Below, one piece after another: positions 49,604 to 59,034 of a stretch of 64,000 nt of DNA. Below the pieces are notes generated by a model. That model was not told the DNA's origin and made no database searches. It saw only the letters and a list, made by a program, of their open reading frames with translations. The translations under genes and the position numbers were made by a program. The DNA is from an uncultured Syntrophobacter sp. (GTDB lineage: Bacteria > Desulfobacterota > Binatia > UBA9968). The stretch is from the NCBI GenBank assembly GCA_964478485.1, contig CAYZJE010000017.1:6065-70064 (forward strand), given 5' to 3'. Each line of letters starts with the position of its first letter. Within the stretch, counting starts at the first letter, position 1.

Positions 49604-50173
49604 TTAATTTTCCGTCAGATTAACCTTCATCCAGCCTTCTATTTGCCGCAAGAATCCGGCAAATGGATCTTCGCCCGGCGCGGTGGCGAAACAGGCCTTG
49701 CGCAGGTAATCAAGCGCGCCGGAGTAGTATTCGAATTTACTCGCGAGCTCCTGAAACAGAAAATAGCCGGTGCGGTAGAGCGACAGATCGAGCTCGGAGA
49801 CCGTCCAATAGGAGCGGCTTCCTTCTTGAAGGTAATAATCGAGAGAGCCTCTGCCCTCGACATGTTGGCGGAAAATGCCGCTCATGAACAGCGCGTAATC
49901 GCCGACATATTTTCGCCGCGAGCGCTCTCGCAGCACATCGCTTTCATCGGCCAACGTTGGCGACTCCTGGGTGAGCATTTCCACCACGCTATCCACCTTG
50001 CGGCCGTTGCGCGCGCGCACTTTGTAGAGATTTTCCGAACGGGCAAAGTCGGTTAAAACATCGGCGACATATCTCGCAACCGTCGCGTCGTGGATCCCCA
50101 ATTGCCAAAAGCTCTGGCGCACCGACTGGTGAAAAAAGCCGCGTAATTGATTATCCGCTACTTGAATTTCCAT
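49604..50173 (-). CDS. hypothetical protein
   Basis: 189-aa ORF; no family recognised. Confidence 0.4.
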   Translation of the reverse strand: MEIQVADNQLRGFFHQSVRQSFWQLGIHDATVARYVADVLTDFARSENLYKVRARNGRKVDSVVEMLTQESPTLADESDVLRERSRRKYVGDYALFMSGIFRQHVEGRGSLDYYLQEGSRSYWTVSELDLSLYRTGYFLFQELASKFEYYSGALDYLRKACFATAPGEDPFAGFLRQIEGWMKVNLTEN

Positions 50174-50264
50174 AAGCGTAGACCCATGATACCAAGTTTG
50201 CGATTTTGTGAAAAGATATGTTTTTGTGTCGGCGCGGAATGGCTGTTTCCGCGGTCAATTAACG

Positions 50265-50418
50265 TAGCCACTTCGCGGCCGGGGTATTAACCCCGACGCC
50301 AATTAAATTATCGCAAAGGGGATGTTCAACCTCCTTTGGAAACCCCATTTAATGGTTCCACGCTGAAATCAGCGTGATCAACAATAAGTGGTTCCAGGCT
50401 ACAAGCAGCGTAGTCAAC
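50265..50418 (+). repeat. copy C of the three-hairpin intergenic repeat, with the third hairpin module tandemly duplicated
   Basis: GCCACTTCGCGGCCGGGGTATTAACCCCGACGCC..CAAAGGGGATGTTCAACCTCCTTTGGAAACCCCATTTAATGGTTCCACGCTGAAATCAGCGTGATCAACAA plus a second GGTTCCAGGCTACAAGCAGCGTAGTCAAC. Confidence 0.85.
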
Positions 50419-50510
50419 CTAAATTAACTAACACTGGCGTATTTTGCCACCAGGGTTATAATAGCGGAAATTTGGTAGCGTGATGGAATATGAGCTGAGC
50501 GGAGGAAAGC

Positions 50511-51026
50511 ATGGCAAGAGATCTCAAAGAAGACTTTTTTCGCCTCGACGGTGCGTGGGCTTCCTTCGAGCTGATGTCGATTCGCCGCCGCGAAGATTAT
50601 CTCAACCCGTTCCGGGTGCTACGCTGTAAAATTGACGATCAAGTCGACTTCCAGGCCCCTCAACCGCTGCAAACAAAAACCGAGGCAACCGTCTTGATCG
50701 AAATCTTCGGTGACGAGGAGCTAGTTGCCGCCAGCGGACGCGGACCGGTTCATGCCGTCGACAACGCCATGCGTAAGATCCTCGAAAAACACTATCCGCA
50801 ACTTTCCGAGGTTCGACTGGAGGAGTTCGACGTCCGTCTAATGCACGGTGTCGTGCCGGAAGACGACGAAGGCGGTGCGGGTGCCCTGGTCCGAGTATTA
50901 GCGATCTTCGCGGATGGCAACGAAAGATGGGGCACGGTGGGTGTTGCCGCCGATATTCTTCAAGCGAGCGTCGAGTGTATCATCGACGGTATGGAATGGA
51001 AGCTTCGCGGCGAACACAAGCATTAG
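50511..51026 (+). CDS. stand-alone LeuA-type allosteric/dimerisation domain protein (2-isopropylmalate/citramalate synthase C-terminal regulatory domain-like)
   Basis: resemblance to the LeuA_dimer domain (GRGPVHAVDNAMRKIL, VRLEEFDV...); no catalytic TIM-barrel part present. Confidence 0.5.
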   Translation: MARDLKEDFFRLDGAWASFELMSIRRREDYLNPFRVLRCKIDDQVDFQAPQPLQTKTEATVLIEIFGDEELVAASGRGPVHAVDNAMRKILEKHYPQLSEVRLEEFDVRLMHGVVPEDDEGGAGALVRVLAIFADGNERWGTVGVAADILQASVECIIDGMEWKLRGEHKH

Positions 51027-51898
51027 CTGAAAAATTGCGCGACGCCGCTGTTTTCAGGTGGTCCGGCGCTACCGTGCCGTTCAGTTATACTTTCGCGACA
51101 ATTTTACTCGCGGCCTTTGCGCTCATGGGTTGCCGGATCGAAGACCAATTCATCTTTCATCCCAGCGCAGCGATCGTCCAAACGCCGCTTCAAGTTGGCT
51201 TACAGTTCCAAGATCACTTCTTTACTACCGCTGATGGCGTTCGACTCAATGGCTGGTTTGTCCCGCACCACGACGCCCGTGCCACGCTGGTTTGGTTTCA
51301 CGGTAACGCGGGCAACATCAGCCATCGAGTCGAAAACCTAAAACTGCTGCACGACAAAGTTAAAATTAATGTCTTCATTTTTGACTACCGTGGCTACGGC
51401 CGTAGCGCAGGCAGCGCTTCCGAAGAAGGCACCTATCGCGACGGCACAGCGGCACTCGACTTTGTTCGCCAGCGGCTCGGCGTCGACGCGACGAATCTGA
51501 TTATTTTCGGTCGCTCTTTGGGCGCTGCCGTGGCGGCTGAAATGGCGCTTCGATTCGCCTGCCGGGGGTTGATTTTGGAAAGCCCTTTCACGTCGATCCG
51601 CGACATGGCCAAAACGGTTTTCCCGGTATGGCCGATCGGACCGCTGTTACACACACGTTTCGACGTTTTGGAGAAAATCTCTAAGGTTAAAGTGCCGCTG
51701 CTGGTGCTGCACGGCGACCGCGATGGTCTGGTTCCCTATGAACAAGGCCAGAAGGTTTTTGCCGCGGCACGCGCCCCCAAGGAGTTCTATACGATCCGTG
51801 GCGCCACGCACAACGACACTTACCTCGTCGGTGGAGACGCTTATTTTGAGCGCCTACGCGGCTTTGTCGATTCGGTGCTTTTTTCGACCGAGCCGTAG
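50996..51898 (+). CDS. alpha/beta-hydrolase fold protein (Bem46/S33-like serine hydrolase) with N-terminal TM helix; start uncertain
   Basis: HGNAGN oxyanion block, nucleophile elbow GRSLG, C-terminal HGDRD...H; the track ORF begins at 50927, overlapping the upstream gene. Confidence 0.7.
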   Translation: MEASRRTQALAEKLRDAAVFRWSGATVPFSYTFATILLAAFALMGCRIEDQFIFHPSAAIVQTPLQVGLQFQDHFFTTADGVRLNGWFVPHHDARATLVWFHGNAGNISHRVENLKLLHDKVKINVFIFDYRGYGRSAGSASEEGTYRDGTAALDFVRQRLGVDATNLIIFGRSLGAAVAAEMALRFACRGLILESPFTSIRDMAKTVFPVWPIGPLLHTRFDVLEKISKVKVPLLVLHGDRDGLVPYEQGQKVFAAARAPKEFYTIRGATHNDTYLVGGDAYFERLRGFVDSVLFSTEP

Positions 51899-51948
51899 AA
51901 CGACGAGAGCTGTCCCCCCAGGAGTCACAAACAAACCCGTGACGGAAT

Positions 51949-53676
51949 TTAATCCAAAAATTGCGAGGACGGATTCCTGGCATTCTGGTAAGCATTTCTC
52001 ACGTACTGTGAGACCATGCGTTGGGTGTTGAAAAAAGAGCCGTTAAGCGCAATAGCAGAGCGCATCACCTGAGCGAATTTGTCAGGCTCTTTGTAGTAGA
52101 GAGGCAAGATCACTCCCTGAAGCTTTTCGTAGAGCGACGCGGCTTCCGCCATAGAGTCATTTTCCGAGGTGTTGGCTTCGCCGATCGACCAGCCGGTAAC
52201 GCCCTCGATATGCCCTTCGATCCACCAGCCGTCGAGCACGCTCAAACTCGGCACACCGTTGAGCGCCGCCTTCATGCCGCTGGTGCCAGAAGCTTCTTGC
52301 GGCCGTAGCGGCGTATTGAGCCAAACGTCGACGCCGGAGCACAACAGTTGGCCCAACGCCATGTCATAGTTTTCCAGGTACACCACTCGGACGTCGCCGG
52401 CGAGGGTGGCAGCAGCCTCGAAAATGCGTCGAATGATGGCTTTGCCGCCATCATCCCGGGGATGCGCTTTGCCGGCGTAAATCAATTGCAACGGCCCGGC
52501 TTGGCGCGCAATCTGTTTGAGCCGCTCCAAATCGGTAAATAATAAATCGCCGCGTTTATATCCGGTGGCGCGACGGGCAAAACCTAGGGTGAAAACATTT
52601 TCGTCGAGTTGGCCGCCGGTGAGCCAGCGAACCTGTTGCAGCAGTGCTTTTTTCGCTTGACCATGGGCTTGCCGAATTTCCGATAAAGGAGTGCCGATGG
52701 CGTAGCGGAGAAAGCAATTGTCGCGGCGCCATTCCGGAATGAGCCGATCGAATAATGCCGCCATTGGCGCCGCGGTCCAGGTTCCTGCATGCACGCCGTT
52801 GGTGATCGCGTCGATATTGTGGTTCGGAAACATCGCCCGGGAGACCTCGCCGTGACGCATCGATACGCCATTGACGAATCCAGAAAATCTCAGCGCCAGC
52901 TCGGTCATGTTGAGCGAGCCGTTCATAACGCGCAGCTGGTTCAGAACGCCGACGCGCCGTTCACCAAGCACACGACCCACTAATTCGGGATTGAAGCGGT
53001 CGTGACCGGCGGGCACGGGCGTATGCGTGGTAAAGGCGCATTGCCGGCGCACCCCCTCTACTTCGTTTTCCGAGAAACGGTATTGGGGCTGCTGTCGGGC
53101 CCGCTCTTCCATTAAAGCGAGGGTGGCCAAGGCTGAATGTCCCTCATTCATATGAAACACCCGAATCTCGTAATACCCGAGCGCACGCAGCATCGCGACC
53201 CCGCCAAGACCTAATATCGCTTCTTGGCATAGGCGATAACGTTCATCGCCGCCATAAAGAAAATCGGTAAAGCTGCGATCCGCGGCGCTATTTTCCTCCA
53301 GATCGGTATCGAGAAAGAGCAAAGGAACCGTATGTCCGGTGATGCCGACGAAGCGGTATTGCCAGGCGCCGATGCGTACTTCGCGTCCTTCGAGCAACAC
53401 GGATACTTTAGGTGCTAGTCGCGTCAGGTGATTTTCAGGCGACCACTTCGATGGGCTTTCCAACTGGTTACCACGGGAATCGAGCCGCTGATCGAAATAG
53501 CCTTTGCGGTGCAGCAATGAAACCGCCACCATCGGGATTTCCAAATCAGCCGCTGAGCGCAACATGTCGCCAGCTAAAACGCCTAAACCACCGCTGTAGG
53601 TGGGAATGGCGACGTTAGCCGCAACGTCCATAGAAAAATAGGCAATGGTGCCCATCTTAGGCAAAACGTTACTCAT
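51949..53676 (-). CDS. alpha-glucan phosphorylase (GT35 family, short GlgP/MalP-like form)
   Basis: N-terminal AYFSMDVA...PTYSGGLGVLAGD block and PLP lysine region typical of alpha-1,4-glucan phosphorylases. Confidence 0.8.
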   Translation of the reverse strand: MSNVLPKMGTIAYFSMDVAANVAIPTYSGGLGVLAGDMLRSAADLEIPMVAVSLLHRKGYFDQRLDSRGNQLESPSKWSPENHLTRLAPKVSVLLEGREVRIGAWQYRFVGITGHTVPLLFLDTDLEENSAADRSFTDFLYGGDERYRLCQEAILGLGGVAMLRALGYYEIRVFHMNEGHSALATLALMEERARQQPQYRFSENEVEGVRRQCAFTTHTPVPAGHDRFNPELVGRVLGERRVGVLNQLRVMNGSLNMTELALRFSGFVNGVSMRHGEVSRAMFPNHNIDAITNGVHAGTWTAAPMAALFDRLIPEWRRDNCFLRYAIGTPLSEIRQAHGQAKKALLQQVRWLTGGQLDENVFTLGFARRATGYKRGDLLFTDLERLKQIARQAGPLQLIYAGKAHPRDDGGKAIIRRIFEAAATLAGDVRVVYLENYDMALGQLLCSGVDVWLNTPLRPQEASGTSGMKAALNGVPSLSVLDGWWIEGHIEGVTGWSIGEANTSENDSMAEAASLYEKLQGVILPLYYKEPDKFAQVMRSAIALNGSFFNTQRMVSQYVRNAYQNARNPSSQFLD

Positions 53677-53974
53677 AGGGAATTACATGGTCGAATTGGC
53701 AATCGTCTATTCTTTTTGGGATAATTGGTGAAAGGATAGTCTTGGCAAGGGTTTCTGATCCGATCAGATTGATAGCCATAGTAGCATGACGAGGTGACAG
53801 CATCAATTCTCCGCGCGATTGGGGGATTTTGAATGCAAGCGCGATGCCGTCAACGAATTCGCGGACGCACGATGACATCAAACTGAGCAGGCGCGAACGG
53901 TTTTGGCAAAAAAAGGTAAGGTCGAGCTTTTGTGTCTATCGGGATGATTTCGTGATCAGGGAATTGTCCTGGTG

Positions 53975-54703
53975 CTAACTCAATTGAAACGCTTGACTCA
54001 GCGCATTCCAGGAACCATGGGCGGCTAAAGTGCGCAATACTGCGACAGTCGGCGGCATCATGGGAAAATTGCCCGATTGCAAGCCTGCTAGCGCGTTGTC
54101 GGCCGAGATCCATAAGCTTTCCGAAACTTCCTCGGAGCTCTGCAGCGGAATTTGGCGCGGCGGTAATGCCGCTAGATAGAAGTGTGTGTCGAAGCGCACG
54201 GGGTAATGCTCTGGGGTGACGCGGTGATAAAAGTAAGTGAGCCGAGCTAAGTCGCAGCAGAGACTCTCAGCCGCCAAGAGGCTGGCAAGATCGATCGTGC
54301 CGCGCTGGAGAAGGGCGCGCTGTACGGCCAATCGTTCGGACAATTCAACTTCCGCCACAGGGACCGAAGCGCCGTTTTGGGGAACGAAAAAATGCACCCC
54401 CGCTTCCTCGTACAATTCTCTAACCGCGGCGACCCAGTGGCCGACGCAAAGTTCCGGTTCCAGCGCGCTGCCCATTTTCTGCTGCGCTTGCGCGGCCGTC
54501 AGCCCTTGGATCAACCCCAACATTTCTGGTGAGTAGTCGGACTTTTCGACCCGCCCGCCGGGAAAAACATAAATACCAGCATAGACTTCGATCTTGTCCG
54601 GCCGGCGGTTCATAAAAATTTCAAAACCACCGGCTTGAGCCGGCCGCACTAACACCACGGTTGAAGCGGGCAGAGGAGTTGCTGGTTGTGCCACGTTTTT
54701 CAA
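53975..54703 (-). CDS. NUDIX hydrolase
   Basis: Nudix box GHWVAAVRELYEEAGV preceded by a PGG motif. Confidence 0.7.
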   Translation of the reverse strand: MKNVAQPATPLPASTVVLVRPAQAGGFEIFMNRRPDKIEVYAGIYVFPGGRVEKSDYSPEMLGLIQGLTAAQAQQKMGSALEPELCVGHWVAAVRELYEEAGVHFFVPQNGASVPVAEVELSERLAVQRALLQRGTIDLASLLAAESLCCDLARLTYFYHRVTPEHYPVRFDTHFYLAALPPRQIPLQSSEEVSESLWISADNALAGLQSGNFPMMPPTVAVLRTLAAHGSWNALSQAFQLS

Positions 54704-54752
54704 TTCGCTTTCTCTTACGTCCGACTTGATTCTCTAATCAACAATATAAACG

Positions 54753-54863
54753 CAGCCACTTTGCGGGCGGGGGTATTAACCCCGCTCTTAACCAAAGGGG
54801 ATGCTCGCCCCCTTTGGAAACCCCATTCAAAGGTTTCACGCTGCAAGCAGCGTGATCAAGCTC
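54753..54863 (+). repeat. copy D of the three-hairpin intergenic repeat
   Basis: GCCACTTTGCGGGCGGGGGTATTAACCCCGCTC..CAAAGGGGATGCTCGCCCCCTTTGGAAACCCCATTCAAAGGTTTCACGCTGCAAGCAGCGTGATCAAGC. Confidence 0.85.
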
Positions 54864-54869
54864 GATTTC

Positions 54870-55658
54870 TCAGCCACGCGGCGACGGTTTGCCAATATGA
54901 ATATGCGCGCCAGTGGCCGCACCTGGCACGGCATTTCTAAAGGCGATAAATGGTATCCCTGTCTGGCGCAAGTAACTTAACAAGCTCTGTCCTTCTCTGC
55001 TGTCGGGATGAAGCGCCACATCGATCGCATTGCGATGATCGAAGCGCAATCGATCGTGCGTTGCGGTCTGGCCGAAAGCGCTGATCGGCATCGCCCGGCC
55101 AAAGGTCTGGGCAAAGAAACTTTCGATCTTCGATGAATCGACCAGCGACCAAGCTGCGCCGCCGTTAAAACGCAGCAGTGTATTTGATTCGCTATAGCCA
55201 CCGATGGAGAGGGTTGGCAGCCTTAGCAATTCGTCGCGCATGCTATATTCCGTCAGCGCCATGTCGGTTTCTGCCAGCCAGCGCTTGTCCTCATCCACGC
55301 GAAGTATCGCCTCCGCCAAAGCACTTTCCGCTTGCAGCACTTCGTTGCGCGCAATCAGTCCCGTATAGTACTGCTCGCGCCTTTGTTCATAGAGCTCGGT
55401 GGCACGCAACCGCTCGGTTTCATGTAGCGCGAGTAATTTTTCCGCACCGGCGCGGGTTTCTTTGATTTTTTGGATGACATCGGCGCGTACGCGGGTCAAT
55501 TCCGAATCGCTCGCTACGGTTCGACGGCTAGACGGAGCCTTGCGACTTTCCTGCGGGTAGCCGGGTTGACGGAAAAAGAGGAGCAGCGAGACGCAGCTAA
55601 GAACCCCAGCGCTCACGATCGCTGTCATGCAGCGATATTGCCACGGTCGAGAGAACAT
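54870..55658 (-). CDS. membrane-anchored coiled-coil protein with C-terminal domain carrying an M15/LAS-like HxxxAxD...HxH motif; tandem paralog of 55721-56479
   Basis: N-terminal TM helix, coiled-coil middle, conserved C-terminus RFNGGAAWS...FAQTFGR..P..A.GQ..THDRLRFDHRNAIDVALHPDS...GAHIHIG shared with the neighbour. Confidence 0.5.
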   Translation of the reverse strand: MFSRPWQYRCMTAIVSAGVLSCVSLLLFFRQPGYPQESRKAPSSRRTVASDSELTRVRADVIQKIKETRAGAEKLLALHETERLRATELYEQRREQYYTGLIARNEVLQAESALAEAILRVDEDKRWLAETDMALTEYSMRDELLRLPTLSIGGYSESNTLLRFNGGAAWSLVDSSKIESFFAQTFGRAMPISAFGQTATHDRLRFDHRNAIDVALHPDSREGQSLLSYLRQTGIPFIAFRNAVPGAATGAHIHIGKPSPRG

Positions 55659-55720
55659 TTTAAAAAGTTTAGGAATTTAGCCGTGCCGGGTCAAGCCATT
55701 AGTTCCGTAAAGGTTGAATT

Positions 55721-56479
55721 CTAGCGCCCGAGTCGGGCTGAAGGTCTACCGATATGAATATGCGGGCCGGTGGCGGTGCCGGGAACCGCTTGTCTGAACG
55801 CCAGGAACGGGATACCCGACCTGCGCAGGTAATCGATCAAGGTCCGGCCTTCGGCGCTGTCCGGGTGAAGCCCAATGTCGATGGACTCGCGATGATCGAA
55901 GCCGAGGCGGTTGTGCGTGTGCGACTGACCCAGGGCCGTGACGGGAAGGCTGCGGCCAAAAGTTTGCGCGAAAAATTTTTCGATTCGTGGAGCTTCTTTG
56001 ATCGACCACTTGAAGCCGCCGTTGAAACGGGTAAGCTCAGCGGTTTGCGTGAAACCGCCCACCGGTAGCACCGGCATGCGCAGAACCTTCTCACCCAGGA
56101 TCGCTTCAGTAATCGCGATATCAGCCTCGGTTACCGTATGGCGCAACTCATGTACGCGCTTGAGCGCGGCGACGAATAACTGTTCAGCTGCGACGACCTG
56201 AGCCTTGTCAATTTGTCCATCCTGAAATGACTTACGCAGCCTGATCACTTCAGTCCTGAGAGTGGCTTGATCTCTTTCGTAAACCATCAACAAACGACGG
56301 TCTTCGGCCAGCGATTTCTGCAAATCTTCCGCGGCGATAGGAGCCGTGCCGTCGCTCACCGAGGTTCTAATGCCAGCGCGCGGGTTCCAACCGTTGATCG
56401 CAAAATACACCATCACCAGCAGCGGCGGCATCACCGCGGCCATGAGCACCAGCCGGGATTTCAGAGCTTCTGCGACCAT
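55721..56479 (-). CDS. membrane-anchored coiled-coil protein, tandem paralog of 54870-55658
   Basis: same architecture; C-terminus THNRLGFDHRESIDIGLHPDS...GPHIHIG. Confidence 0.5.
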   Translation of the reverse strand: MVAEALKSRLVLMAAVMPPLLVMVYFAINGWNPRAGIRTSVSDGTAPIAAEDLQKSLAEDRRLLMVYERDQATLRTEVIRLRKSFQDGQIDKAQVVAAEQLFVAALKRVHELRHTVTEADIAITEAILGEKVLRMPVLPVGGFTQTAELTRFNGGFKWSIKEAPRIEKFFAQTFGRSLPVTALGQSHTHNRLGFDHRESIDIGLHPDSAEGRTLIDYLRRSGIPFLAFRQAVPGTATGPHIHIGRPSARLGR

Positions 56480-57057
56480 GAAACCGAAAGTCTACGGGCT
56501 TAGGGCAGAACGGTCAAGCTAAATTGCCCGTATCATCGGCCGGTGTTACGGGCAAATTTCCGAATCCTGCAATTTACCGGTCTGCGTCGTTTGTCAGATC
56601 TACAGCGCAAAGGCCATACCAGTTTCGCGTTTGACTGGTGATAGTGAGTTAAGCTGTTGTAGTAACGACAGAAAGATTATCGGCTCGGTTTGGCTAAGAT
56701 GATCGCCAATGAAAACTTAGCCCGGATTATTCACGCCAGGCCGCGATCGAGGTGCAACCCTTCCGGAACGAAGGCAATGGAGTTGTGCCTTGAAGAGGCA
56801 AGCGGGGCAAGTCATCTCTGAAATCACCCGTGGGAAGTTCAAGCATCGTGCCGAGCGCCGAGAATACGGTGAAACATTTGCGCTGGTGCCTTCGCTCCTC
56901 CAGGGTCGCACCTCGATTGCCACAGTGTAGTGAGTTTCCCTCGTAGCATGAGTAATCCGGGTTAGGTGTAGCAAGTTCGCTACACCCTGTAGTCGTTTTG
57001 CTACTCGAAAAGGGGGCGACGAGCAAACCGACGCGAGCTAGGTTTGCTTCTGGATTT

Positions 57058-57270
57058 GTTGCCGAAGCTAAACCAGCGCTCGCAGCTGGGATACCAATTT
57101 CTCCGCTTCGTCAAACCCCTTCTGCCAAAATTGCGCTTCGTGAATGTTCACACCGAGCGGTTCGAGCAGCTCCTCAGGTGGAGCTGATCCGCCGGCTTCT
57201 AGCAGCGCGAGATATTTTGGCACGAAGCTTTTTGCCTTGGTCTTTGCACATACGATAAAGCGCGAGGACC
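57058..57270 (-). pseudogene. remnant of an M3B oligoendopeptidase F (pepF) gene, C-terminal roughly 60 codons only
   Basis: minus-strand translation ...TKAKSFVPKYLALLEAGGSAPPEELLEPLGVNIHEAQFWQKGFDEAEKLVSQLRALV* matches the conserved PepF C-terminus (KYLELLSAGGS..P.ELL...GVD...FWQ...); no upstream body or start. Confidence 0.5.
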
Positions 57271-57319
57271 AAGAGCGGGCCGAGGACGTAGCTGTGGCAT
57301 TAGAAACGGTAGTAAATTT

Positions 57320-57580
57320 TCACACTCTAGGCCAGAACAGATTTAGGTACTCGATTTCATCTCGATCGGTAACGCGGTAATGAACTAGGATAGTACGGGA
57401 CCGGTAAAGGTAACTTGGGGAAGTCGGATTGTAAAAACTCGGAACTCTACCGGGTAAATCGGGGTTTCGAACGATTGCGGCCAATGTTTCTTCGAGATTG
57501 GTTAGATCGCCAGCACTAACTGATTTTTCGAAGACTGAAAGTTCCTCAAGAAATTTTTTTGAGAGAAGGTAGTGAGTCAC
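57320..57580 (-). CDS. RelE/ParE-superfamily toxin of a type II TA pair (start taken at GTG, VTHYLL...)
   Basis: about 87 aa, immediately downstream of and overlapping a Phd/YefM antitoxin gene; C-terminus RTILVHYRVTDRDEIEYLNLF fits the RelE/ParE pattern. Confidence 0.5.
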   Translation of the reverse strand: MTHYLLSKKFLEELSVFEKSVSAGDLTNLEETLAAIVRNPDLPGRVPSFYNPTSPSYLYRSRTILVHYRVTDRDEIEYLNLFWPRV

Positions 57581-57875
57581 GAAGGAGCCCTTTTTTCCGA
57601 GCCGCGGACAGGATTCTTTGGACCGTTGGTGCACCTGAAAGTTTGAGCACTTTCCCGGTTTTCACGTCATCCAACGATTTGCGCATGGCCCGCAACGCTT
57701 CCGGGTCTTGCCATAGTCGAGCGACAGCCTTCAAAGTTTGCAGATGCTCAAAGTTGACAATCACAGCTTTCGGTTTTCCTTGCTTTGTGACGATTACTTG
57801 ATCGCCATCTTCGACTTCCTCGACCAGGCGGAGGAATTTTTGTCTAGCTTCGCTTGTGGTTATGTAGCGGTCCAT
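57546..57875 (-). CDS. Phd/YefM-family type II antitoxin
   Basis: N-terminus MDRYITTSEARQKFLRLVEEVEDGDQVIVTKQGKPKAVIV typical of Phd/YefM. Confidence 0.75.
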   Translation of the reverse strand: MDRYITTSEARQKFLRLVEEVEDGDQVIVTKQGKPKAVIVNFEHLQTLKAVARLWQDPEALRAMRKSLDDVKTGKVLKLSGAPTVQRILSAARKKGLLRDSLPSLKKIS

Positions 57876-58119
57876 AGATTACCTCACTGACAAAGAAGTG
57901 TACAAAGAGATGCGACCATGAGCAAGGCTAGCGGTTGCGTCAATTGCTACGAGGGCTGAGTTTCGAGCGATAGCTTTTTGCGCCATGAGCGCTCCTTTCG
58001 ATTGTTTGTGATGCTGCTTATTTCACGGTGATCCAGGCTGGTGTCAAGTTGCGCCGCAGCGATTTCAGTGTATATGATGGCCGGAATTTTTCTGGAACAA
58101 TCAAGGAGGAAAAGTTTTT

Positions 58120-58830
58120 ATGGCCGAATTAACTGAACTCAAAAAGATTCTAGCGATGTCGTCGCGCATGCTCTTTAACTCTGGGCTGGTCGATTACAGC
58201 GGGCATATCAGTGTGCGCATTCCGGGTTCCGATCACTTGCTGATCCTGCCGCACCCCGTGAGCCGGGCGACCGTCAAACCAGACGACATGGTGGTGACCG
58301 ATTTCGAAGGCAAAGTGATCGAAGGGAAGTACAGAGCGCCCTCGGAAGTGTACATGCATGCGCGCGCCTACAAAGCGCGCAGCGACGTGCATAGCGTGGC
58401 GCATCTGCATAATCACATGGTGGCGACGCTCAGCATGGTCAACAAGCCTTTTTACCCGGCGTCTTCGAATCCGGGAGCGTTCTTTGGACCGGGCGCGCTG
58501 CCGCTCTACATGGACCCGGCATTGATTCACACGATCGAACAAGGCGATGCCGTGGCCAAGACACTGGGCCAAGCCGATGCCGTCATGTTGCGCGGTCACG
58601 GGTCGATGGTCGTGGCGCAATCGATCGAATGGGTGTTTGCCGCCTGCGTTGACTTGGAAGAAGCCGCATCGCGTTTCTACAAAGCATCGCTGCTCGGACC
58701 CGTGATGGTTTACAACGACGATGAAACCCAGCGGGTCATGAAAGGGCGGCGCAAGGATTCCGTTGTCCAGAAAGTTTGGGATCACAACGTTGCCAAAACC
58801 AAACTGGCCGGTCTAATGGATGGAATTTAG
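58120..58830 (+). CDS. class II aldolase/adducin family protein
   Basis: class II aldolase blocks (GHISVR, YMHARAYKARSDVHSVAHLHN, RGHGSMVVAQS); second member of this family in the window. Confidence 0.8.
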   Translation: MAELTELKKILAMSSRMLFNSGLVDYSGHISVRIPGSDHLLILPHPVSRATVKPDDMVVTDFEGKVIEGKYRAPSEVYMHARAYKARSDVHSVAHLHNHMVATLSMVNKPFYPASSNPGAFFGPGALPLYMDPALIHTIEQGDAVAKTLGQADAVMLRGHGSMVVAQSIEWVFAACVDLEEAASRFYKASLLGPVMVYNDDETQRVMKGRRKDSVVQKVWDHNVAKTKLAGLMDGI

Positions 58831-58880
58831 CGATTTTTCCGAAGTGGCCGGCTAGCATTCACGGGACAGACCTTCGAAGT

Positions 58881-59034
58881 GATTCTGCTGAAAAACCCTG
58901 CGTTCATCCTTCGAGAGCCTCAGAGCCCGTCCTGAGCTTGACGAAGGAACGAACGGGGAGGGGATTGATAACATTAAGAATTTTCCGTTCATGCTGAGCC
59001 CGTCGAAGCATTCCTAGGGGTTTTTCAGCAGATT
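58881..59034. mobile_element. MITE-like element: 17/18-bp terminal inverted repeats, roughly 7-bp flanking direct repeat, highly structured interior
   Basis: left TIR GATTCTGCTGAAAAACCC (58881-58898), right TIR GGGTTTTTCAGCAGATTC (59017-59034); flanking CGAAGTG / CGAAGTGG on both sides; internal repeats GTTCATCCTTCG...CGAAGGAACGAAC. Confidence 0.45.
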
